Of a stretch of 64,000 nt of DNA, positions 55,037 through 64,000 are shown piece by piece. The position numbers and the translations under genes were made by a program. The notes beneath the pieces are model-generated. The model saw nothing but the letters and a program-made list of their open reading frames with translations. It searched no databases and had not been told where the DNA came from. Position 1 is the first letter of the stretch; each line of letters begins with the position of its first letter. The DNA is from Rebecca billardiae RCC1528 (taxonomy: Eukaryota > Protista > Haptophyta): assembly GCA_965240325.2 (NCBI GenBank), contig OZ251234.1:558001-622000 (forward strand). The letters are read 5' to 3'.

Positions 55037-55792
55037 ATGGCGGCGGTGGCTGCGCGAGTTTGCCTGATGCTCGCGTGCGTGACGCACACTGCTTGTGGCG
55101 GCAGACGATCGTCACGTCTGCTCAGCTCGACCGCTCGCGGTGGATCGCGCTTGAGCGACGACGAGATGCCTGCTGACACCTCTCTGGACGAGGCTCTGCG
55201 CCTGCTGGTGGACGGTGAGATGGCCACGAAGCTGCGTGAGAAGCTCAAGGATCAAGCGGTGCGAGCACGCTTCGAGGGGATGCTTCGGCAGCCCGAGACG
55301 CGCAAGATCCTGGTCGCCGCTGGATTGCTACCCAGCACTTCTGCCGAGCCGTCTGCCGATGACCTCATTGCAGCACTCACAGATCCGAGCGTGAAGGCGC
55401 GCATGCACCGTGCGGGTGGGCACGCAGGCGCAGGCCTGCGCGGCTCGAAAGGCGCATTCGAGGAGGGGCGGGGCGCACAGGCCGGTAGCCTGCCCACAGC
55501 ATCGCTCATGGCCAAGGTGCGCTCCGTGCGAGGCCGTCAGGGCAGGCCGCTGACGGACGACGAGGCCCTCGAGCTGCGTGAAGGCGATGCTGTGTTTGCC
55601 GAGCAATCTGGGACCTGGTACTCTGCGGTCGTGGAGGGCGACGCGGCGCGCGCGGCGGATGGGCGCGTGCGCGTGGATGTGCATTACCGCGATGGAGAGC
55701 GAGAGGCTGGACTGGAAGCCTCTCGTCTTGCCCTCGCCCTGATGGACGAGGCATCGATCGCCACGGACGACGCAGACCGTGAGGCTCAGTAA
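55037..55792 (+). CDS. Hypothetical signal-peptide protein with C-terminal Tudor/SH3-like barrel
   Basis: Hydrophobic leader then Ser/Arg-rich segment; LREGDAVFAEQSGTWYSAVV...VDVHYRDGERE resembles Tudor-like folds. Confidence 0.65.
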   Translation: MAAVAARVCLMLACVTHTACGGRRSSRLLSSTARGGSRLSDDEMPADTSLDEALRLLVDGEMATKLREKLKDQAVRARFEGMLRQPETRKILVAAGLLPSTSAEPSADDLIAALTDPSVKARMHRAGGHAGAGLRGSKGAFEEGRGAQAGSLPTASLMAKVRSVRGRQGRPLTDDEALELREGDAVFAEQSGTWYSAVVEGDAARAADGRVRVDVHYRDGEREAGLEASRLALALMDEASIATDDADREAQ

Positions 55793-56113
55793 GCGACGCA
55801 ATCAGACCAGTGGCGGCGAGTGGGCCGAGTGACGTACCATCCGACGCATCGTCGAGGACGATTGCCAGTCAGCAACGCATATGGCGGTGATGCCCATGCC
55901 ATGTGACCATGACGCTCGGCCTCGGTCCGCGCGGCGCACTAATCACTGCTGCGCACCGCCGGGATGCCGGCCAAAGTTCTCTCTCTGCGCGCTCTCACTC
56001 TCGAGCAGATCGTGTAACTCACTCTGCTCTCTAGCTCTCGCGACGACTCTCTGATGAGTCTGAGTCTCTCTCAGTCACTCACTAGCTAGTCAGACAGTCT
56101 ACTGCTGCTAGTC

Positions 56114-56146
56114 TCTGACTCTCCTGACTCTCTCTCTCTCTCTCTC
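56114..56146 (+). repeat. (CT)n microsatellite
   Basis: Interrupted CT run next to the 3' end of the NOL11-like gene. Confidence 0.85.
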
Positions 56147-56154
56147 GATGGACC

Positions 56155-59100
56155 CTACCAGCGCGCCACCTCGACGCCGTAGTCTGGGACCGGCGTCGCG
56201 GTCGTGGGCGCCGCGCACGTCTTGAGCAGCTGCGCGAGGTAGCCGTGCAGCCGCTGCATCGAGCGGCACAGCCGCACGTGCCGGCCCGCGAGCGCATGCA
56301 GCGCGCGCACCGCGCCGTGCGCGTCGGCGTGCAAGACCAGCGGCACAAGGTGCGCATCGAGCAGCGCGCACGACCACTGCGCGGCGCGCGAGAGGGTAGG
56401 CCGCGCCGCGCCGACGCGCGCGCCCGCGACGCCCGCGCCGGGCTGGGGCACGCCGCCGCCGGCCGCCGCCTCCGCCGCGTTCTCCTCCTCCGGCGCCCCG
56501 GGAAGGGCCCACCGCGCGGCGTGGCGGCGCATCACAGCTGCGCGGCACAGGCGCGTGCGCGCGCGAGCGCCGGTCAGCCCGCGGCCCGCGCGACCCCGCC
56601 CATGCCCGTCCGCCCATGCGCGGCCCTCGCGCACGCGCGGCGCGCGCGGCGCGCGCGCTCGGTCCACACTCACGCCGCTTGCTCGCTCACTCGCTGCCCA
56701 CACACGCGCCTTGCGCGCATGCCGCGGGCGCGCACCAATCAGCTGCTGCAGCAGCTCAGAGGCCTCTCGCATGGAGAGCGAGCTCAGCGCGTCCAGCAGC
56801 AGCTCGTCTGAGGCGGGGCTTGCCATCGCGCGCAGGAGCAGGTGAGTGGCGCGCTGCGCCGGCGGCGGGGCCGGCTCCGCCTCCGACTGCGCGCCGCCGC
56901 CCGCCTCGCGCGCGCGCGCCGAGTGCAGCCGCTCGACGCGCGCGCGCGGAAGCACGTGCGCCGCGATGGCGGCCAGCGCCGACTCGGGGACGTGCTCCGC
57001 GTGGGCGAGGAACGTTGCGAGACATTCGTCCTGGAGACGCTCGAGCGCGGCGGCGTCGGGCTCGGGCTCGGGCTGCGCGGCGTCCGCGCCCCACGCCGCG
57101 GCGGGCGCGAGCGCGAGCAGCGCGGGCAGCAGCTCCGGGCACGCGTGCGCGCACACGCGGTGCCGCGGCAGCAGGAGCCGCACGGCGGCGTGCAGCGTGG
57201 CCGGCGGCAGCGCGCGCGCCGGCGCGCACGCGGCGCGCAGCAGCGTGGCCGCCGCGGCGGGCGAGAGGTGCGACTGCACAGGGTGCGGCGCGGGCGGCGT
57301 CGAGGGGCCCCGCCCACGCTGGCTGCACGGCGGCGCGCCGTGCGATGCGGGGGGCAGGGGGCGATGACAGTGAGCGCGGCGCGTGGCGGCGCGCGCCGCC
57401 ACCGCTTTCGCAGCCGCGCGGCGCGGCGCGGCGGAGGCGGAGGCGCGATGCGATGGAAGCGATTACGCACCGCTTGCTCGAGCCGGCAGAGCCGCCACGA
57501 TCGGAGGAGGAGGAGGCGCCGACGAGAGCGGAGACGATGGCGGACTCGACCTCTTTGTAGCTGCTCCCGACGCGCGCCGCGCCCGCGCCCCCGGACTCGG
57601 CGCCCCCGGACTCGGCGCCCCCGGACTCTTCGAGCGCGGCCAGGCAGCAGGCCACGGCGGCCGCATCCGCGCGGTCACGCTCCGCGATCGAGGCGCGCCA
57701 GCGACCGACCGCGGCGGCGGGTACCTCGGCGGGGGCGGAGAGGCCGTCGAGCAGGAGCGAGGCATCGAGCGAGAGCTCCAGCAGCTTGTGCTGCTGCCCG
57801 ACGACGCCCGCCGCCCCGCCAGCGCGCGCCGCGCGCAGCCTCTCCGCAAGCGTCGCGCCGTGCGGCGCGGCGGCGGCCGGCGGCGGCGGCGCGAGCGGCG
57901 CCCGGAGCAGCTGCGCCAAGTGGACCGCTGGGAGGACCAGCGGGAGCGCGAGGACGAGCCCGGCGCTCGCGACGACGAGCGTGCACCCGTCGGCGCACAC
58001 GCACGCGCACTCCACCGCCGAGCTCGCCGGCCCGCCCCGGCCGCGCTTGCCCAGCGCATTCGGCTGCGCGGCCGCGGCCGCCGCCGCCGCCGCCGCGGCG
58101 GAGGCGGAGCGCGCGCGCTTGTTGCCGCGCCCGCCACGCTCCGCGGGCGCGTCCGCGGTCCGACCGTTGGCGAGGGCGGCGCCGGCCTCCGCGTCGTCGT
58201 CGTCGTCCGGGTCCGCCGGGCCGTGTGTGAGCAGCGGCGCCGCGTCGAGCGCGGCGCTCAGCGCCAGCGCGCCGAACGCCCGCTCGCGCACCGCCAGGCG
58301 AAGCGCCGAGCGCGCGCCATCGCCGTCCGCGGCTGCGCTCGCCGCCGGCGCGCCGCCGGCGCCCGCGGCCTGGCCGAGCCAAGCCTCATAGGGCGCGGCG
58401 AGGGCGAGGGGCACAGCGGGGCCGCCGCCCGCGCCGCGCAGGCCCCACGTCGGCAGCGGCTCCTCGCGCGACGCGAGCACGCGCACCGGCGCCTCGCCCG
58501 CGCCGCCCGCGCTGCCCGCGCCGCCCGCCGCGGCCGCCGCGGCCGCAAGCGCGGTTGTCGGCGCGCCCGCGCGCACGGCCAAGTGAAAGGCGTGTGCTGA
58601 GCCGTCGGACCAGCCGACGAGCAGGCGCACGCCGAGCGCGCCGTCATCGCACACGCCCGTGTGCGCCACCGCCGCGCTGCTCAGCTCGGCGCCGCCGCCG
58701 CCGCCGTGCGCCGGGCCTCCGTTCGGGGCCGAGACAATGGCGCCGCCGCGCGCGGCGCCGCCGCCGCCTGCCGCGCCGCCGCCGCCGTGCGGACCGCCGC
58801 CGCTCGCGCGCGGCAGCGTGACCGGCGCGGCGGCGTGAGTGAGGCAGACGAGCGAGGGGAGCGACTCAACGTCCTCCGCCATCGCCGCCTCCGCGCCCGC
58901 CTCTCGTCTGCTCTCCACCGCCGCCCAGGCGTGCAGCTCGAACGATGGCTCGGCGGCGCCCGCGACGGCGGGCCGGCGTTCGCACACGGCGAGGAGCAGC
59001 GCCGGCTGCGCGTCGGAGGGCGGGTCGAGGCTGCCGGCCCACACGCAGCGGAGCACGTCACCGCGCGCATCGGGCGGCGCGCTGCGCCGGTGCCCGCCCC

Positions 59101-59497
59101 TGAGCTCCGCCGCCACGACGGAGACGCTCGCATCCTCGTGAACGGCCGCGAGCGCGCCCGGCCCGAGCCTGACGAGCGCGCACGCCGGCGCGTCGAGGCG
59201 GAGGCGCGCGGTGCCGAACTCGCGGTCGTCCTCGTGCCAGCTGGCGATACTCGCGCGGTCGACGAGCACCGCGTACCGCCGCGCGTGCGCGTGCACCACC
59301 ACCGCGCCGCCGAGCGCGAGCGCGGGCAGCGTCGCCCAAGAGCAGCGGCAGGTGTGTTCGCGCGCGTCGTGCACGAAGACGCCGCGGCCGCCGACGGTGA
59401 GCACGACGTCGGTGGACTGGACGCCTGCCGCCACGCCGAGCACCCGGCCGCGCGGGCGGCTCAGCAGCGCCGGCGCGTCCGCGGCTGCCGCACGCAT
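56155..59497 (-). CDS. NOL11: Nucleolar protein 11 / Utp8-like SSU processome factor; predicted introns 57470-57323 and 56735-56538
   Basis: N-terminal VLTVGGRGVFVHD...SW and C-terminal PTLSRAAQWSCALLDAH...YGVE resemble NOL11 termini; long Ala/Gly insertions. Confidence 0.65.
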
Positions 59498-59709
59498 CTG
59501 CGTGGACTGCGACGACGCGACGTGGGCCGGTCGCCACGCGAGCGCAAGAGAGCGCGTAGCTTTTGTGCTCAGGAAAAAGCCCCGGACCGCGCGCCCGCCA
59601 TCGTGGGATTCGTGGCTGCGTTCCTCATCACCCCCGGATCCGGCCCGGGCGGTGTGGGCCTGTCGCCCGAGCCCTTTGAACGCGCCCGGCCGCTCTGACG
59701 CGGGAGCGC

Positions 59710-62411
59710 ATGTCGGCGCGCCGTGCGGCGGCCGGCCCGCGACGCGCGGAGAGCCCGACGGGTCCGATCACGTGGCAGCCTCTCGGCGCACCGGCGGCCA
59801 GGCGGCCCGCTCCCGACGACTGTCTCCGCAACGCTTTTGTCGAGCGATTCGTGCAGCCAGCGACGACGCGCGCGCGCGCGACGCGCGCCGCGGCGGCGGC
59901 CGACGCGAGGGGCGATCTCGCCGAGCGCGCCGACGTGGAGCTGCTCGATCGAACGATCCGCCGACGCCGCCCGGGCTGCGCGCACCCCGCCAGGCGCGCG
60001 GCGGACGTGATCGGCGCGCTCGACCACGCTGACATTCAGCGCGCCACCGAGCGGCGCGCGCCGCGCGACAGGCCGTGGCGCTCGCGCCGCGCGCAGCCGG
60101 CGAGCGACGGGTGGGAGGAGCTCGACGCGAGCTCGCGCACCCGCACCCGCGCCGCCGCCCCACGCCCCGCCTCGGCGCGGCGGCACGCCTCGCCCTCCGC
60201 CGGCGAGGACGACGCAGGCGACGGCGCGGCTCAGAGTCGGCGCAGCGGCGGCGGCGGGGCGCCCAACGCCGCTGCGCGCGGAGACGGCGGTGTGACGGCT
60301 GACGGCGCGGCGGCGAGCACGCCGCCCTCGGGCCCGGGCGCGTGGGCCACCGACGTGAGCGACTGGAGCTCCGAGTCCGACGCGCGAGCGGTGCACGCGC
60401 GCACGCGCGCCGAGCAGCGGGGCGTTGGCTGTGGCTCGGCCGCGAGTGCGCGCGCACGCGCGCGCAGCAGCAGCGGCGGGGCGGCGGCGGGGGCGGTGGA
60501 AGCGCCGGTGCACGACGAGGGGGAGAGCGATGGGGACGATGGCGCGTCGGACGCCGACGGCCAGCACGAGGCCGAGCAGCAGCGGCGGCGGCGGCAGCAG
60601 CAGCAGTGGCAGCAGCGGCATGGGACAGCCGTGCGCGCCAGCGCCGAGCAGCGCGGCCCGGACTCTGCCGCCACACCGGACTCTGCCGCCACACCGGACT
60701 CGGGCAGCGCACCGGACTCGGGCAGCGAGCACGCCTCTGGCAGCGCACGGAGCAGCAGCAGTGGCGGCGCGTCCGGCCCCGCCTCCTCAGAGGCCGAGGC
60801 GGCCGCGCACGCCGCGCCCAGCTCGTTCCGCAGCGATGCGGGCGAAAGCTCAGGCGGAGCGACCTCTGCCGCGGAGGAGGAGGAGGAGGAGGAGGAGGAG
60901 GAGGGCGCGCGCGGGGGGCTGCCGCGCGCGAGCGCGCGAGCGCGCGGGCCGAGCGGCGGGCGCGGCAGCGGCGGGGCGGCGGCGCTGGAGCCGGCGCGCC
61001 GAGGCCCGGCGCTCGGCCGCGAGCGCGCGGCCGCGGCCGGCTGGGCGCGGTGCGGGGACGGCGTGGGTGCCGGGCGCGCGCGCAGCGCGCCCGGCGCGCG
61101 ACGCGACGGCGGCGCGCGCGCCTCGCCCGGCCGTGGGCCCGGCGTGGGGCCCGCGCGCGCCGACGCGTGCACTTCGCCGCACGCCGCAGATGCGCCGCGC
61201 GCCGCCGAGCCGCGGACGCCGCCGCCGCCGCCGCGTTCGGACCTCGCGCGAGCGGCCGCGGCCGCGGCCGGTGGCACCGCGCATCAGCGCAGCACGCCTG
61301 CGCACGGGTCGGGGGCGGGCGACGCTCCCCGGGCGGGCCCCGCGCCGTGCGGCGCTCCCGTCCACCAGCCGCTGGACTTCAGCCCGTACCCACGGAGCCC
61401 CGCGCGCGCGCAGCGCAGCTCACCGCGCGGCGGCGCACGCTCGGCCTCGCCGCCGCCGGCGCGCGCCGGCGGCGCGGCGGCGCGCGCCGAGGCGGGCGGC
61501 GCTTCCGCGGCACCGCGGTGGGCGCAGCCGGCGCGCAGCGGCGCGCATGCCACGCGTGACGCGGCCACGTCGCCTGCGCCGCGCGCGCGCGCGCACGACG
61601 CGCACGACGCGCCCACCGCTGTTGCGGCCGCGCCGCGCACGCGCGACGCTGCAACCTACACAGTTGCAGAGGCGGGCGCGCGCGCCCGCGCCGGCGGCGC
61701 CGCCGCCGCCGCCGCTTTGGGCGCGGGCGCGGGCTCAGCAGGCGTGGCCACGTCGCCGGCGGGGCGGGGCGCAGCCGCGCGCGGCGCGCGTGACGCGGCG
61801 ACGTCGCCAGCGGCGCAGCCTCGCGCTCGCGCGTACGACAGCGGCGCGTGGGGCGCGCCTGTGCCGGCGGTGGCCGCGGCGGAAAACACTGCCGCCGCGC
61901 GCGCGGGCGCGACGGCCGCGCGCGCCGGGCGGCGCGCGCACGGGTGCGCTGGCGTGTCAGCAGCTGCTGCCGCCGGCACGGCGCGCTCGGAGCCACCGCC
62001 GCCGCCGCTGCCGCCGTGCGCCTCGCACAGCACGCCGCCCCAGCGCAGCACGCGAGCGCTCGCGCGCCACGCGGCGGCAAGCCCCCCGCGCGCTCCGCCA
62101 TCGCTGCGCGCGCACTCGCCGGCGGCGCGCGCCGCCGCGTCCGCAGCCACGCCTACGCCGCGCGGCGCGGCCGCAGCGCGCGCCTCGGCGACGGAGGCGG
62201 CGGCGGACGAGGCGCCGAGCACGCCCAGCGCAGAAGGGTCGCTCAACTGGCGAGGCCAAGGCAGCTCGCGCGCGATGCCGTCGCGCGGTCACGGCGCGGC
62301 TGGCGGCGCGCACAGCCCTTCGCCCAGGCGCGACGGCGGTGGCGGCGACGGCGGCAGTGGCGATGATGGCGGCGGCGGCGGCGGTGGCGGCGACGGCGGC
62401 AGTGGCGATGA

Positions 62412-62450
<39 letters not shown>

Positions 62451-62651
62451 TGGTGGCGACAGTGGCCGCTGCCGCCGGGCGCGCGTGGCGGGCCACGCGG
62501 CGCGCGCGCGCGTCCCGGCGCCCACCGCCCGCCCCAGCCCCCTGCCGCCGCTGTACGCCGCGCCCTCCGCCGCCGCCTCGCCCGTGCCGCGCGTGCACCT
62601 CGCCGGCCTTCTTGCTGAGCTCGAGGTGGCAGCGGAGGTGGCAGCGGAGGT

Positions 62652-62682
<31 letters not shown>

Positions 62683-64000
62683 GCCGAGGGCGCGGCGGCG
62701 GCGGCGGCATGGGCGCGGCGCGCGTCCGCGGCCAGGCTGCTGCCGATCTCGCGGACACGCTCTGCGCCGAGCCTCGCGGCGGAGGCGCACGCCGAGTGGG
62801 TGTGGGCAACGCAGCCGTGCGCGCCAGACTTGCGCCTGCCGTTGCCGCCGGACGCGCGCGCCGTCGAGCGCGCGCGGAGCGCGCCGCCCGCCCTCGCCGG
62901 CGCCGCGCGCCGTCGCTCGGCCGCGGCCGCGGCCGCGGCCGCGCGCGCGCGGCGTAGCCACAGCCGCAGTCGCTCGGTCTCGCCCGCGCACGCCGGCTCG
63001 GCGAGCAGCACGCCGCCGCGCGCGCGCCTCGCGCGCACGCCGCCGCCGCCGCACGCCGCCGCCGCCGCGCACGGCGCGACGCTTCGGCGCAAGCTTGGCG
63101 GCGCACTCAGGCACTGGTCCCGCGTGCGCGCCGCGGCGCGTGCGTACCGCGCGCAGCTGCGGCGCGCGCTGCGGGCGTGGGGCCGACTGGCGCGCGGCGA
63201 GCCGCGGCCGCCGCTGCGGCTGAGCGGCGCGTCCCGCCTCTCCGCGCGGCGCCTCTCGGCGGGGCAACCACCGGCCGCGCCCGCGCTCGGCGCCTCGCCT
63301 CGCGGCGACGGCGGTCATCACGGCGACGGCCGCGCCGCGCGCGCCCGCGCCGCCGGCGGTGGCGGCGACCGATTCGGCGGCGGCGGGCTTGGCGGTGGCG
63401 GCGGCGAGGAGCAGCCGTTCCTGCTGGGGCACATCGCCCTGTACGGCTCGCCAGAGCGCGCCGCGCGCGGCGGGCGCGGCGGCAGAGGGGGGCGGCGCGC
63501 GCGCTCGCTCTCGCCGGCGCGCCGCCAGCTGAGCAGCGGCGCGCGCGCCGTGTCGCGCGCGCGCGCCGGCCGAGCGGGCGGAGGCGGCGGCGGTGGCAGC
63601 GGCCATCGCGTGGCCTGGGACGAGCGGGATGAGGGCTGGGCGGGCGGCGAGGGCGAAGCGCGGCGGGTGCGCTGGACGACGCGCGTGCCACGCGTGTGGG
63701 CGCGCACCCTCGCGCGCCGCGTGCTGCGCGGCTGGGCAGCGGCGGTGGCGCGCGCACGCGCGCGCGCGCGAGCCGCGCTCGCGCGCGCGCCGCGCACGCA
63801 CGCGCACGCCATGGCTGTGTGCGCGCTGCGCGCGCTCGCGGCACACGCGCGCGCGCGCGTGGACTGGCGCGTGGCGGCGCGCGGCGCGGGCGGCGCGGCG
63901 GCGCTCAGCGGCGCGCTGCACTCCAAAGCACGCGCCGTCAGCCTGCGCGCCGCGCGCGCCGCGGCGGCCCTAGCCCTCGAGGGCGCAGCCTCTGCCGTCC
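59710..64000 (+). CDS. Long low-complexity protein, 3'-partial; possible Sfi1-like Trp repeats near window end
   Basis: Frame from ATG 59710 showed no stop where I read it and runs off the window, which explains its absence from the ORF track; codon usage gene-like; poly-E, Gly/Asp tracts, LRRALRAW and RRVLRGW motifs. Confidence 0.65.
60657..60726 (+). repeat. Four 18-bp coding tandem repeats (PDSAAT x2, PDSGSx x2)
   Basis: ccggactctgccgccaca x2 then ccggactcgggcagcg x2. Confidence 0.9.

Overview
Eukaryotic nuclear DNA, extremely GC-rich and gene-dense, with short GC-rich GT-AG introns. A light-harvesting protein with a signal-peptide/AF-type bipartite leader points to an alga with a secondary red plastid; GC content and intron style suggest a haptophyte such as Pavlovales (inference). 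About 20 protein genes are supported: a coiled-coil protein, ADAT1-like deaminase, a glycosyltransferase-like membrane protein, F-box/RCC1 protein, MBOAT wax-synthase-like acyltransferase, NEK-like kinase, two ARM-BTB paralogues, a Pin1-type parvulin, a very large divergent inner-arm dynein heavy chain, PRMT10-like methyltransferase, an LHC protein, a head-to-head pair of RI-type LRR genes, an AP2 factor, an alpha/beta hydrolase, REI1/ZNF622, NOL11-like, and a long open frame running off the window end that the ORF track missed. Intergenic DNA holds several apparently non-autonomous mobile elements: a 1.97-kb element with 55-bp TIRs in (TA)n, a ~260-bp foldback with a 9-bp TSD, a ~180-bp MITE, and two insertions in TA tracts that share a 3' terminus. 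The best candidate for an undescribed system is the ARM-BTB gene, whose five 126-bp repeats are near-identical except at predicted binding-groove positions, consistent with a repeat-diversifying recognition module linked to ubiquitination. All calls come from motif reading by eye; no database searches were run.
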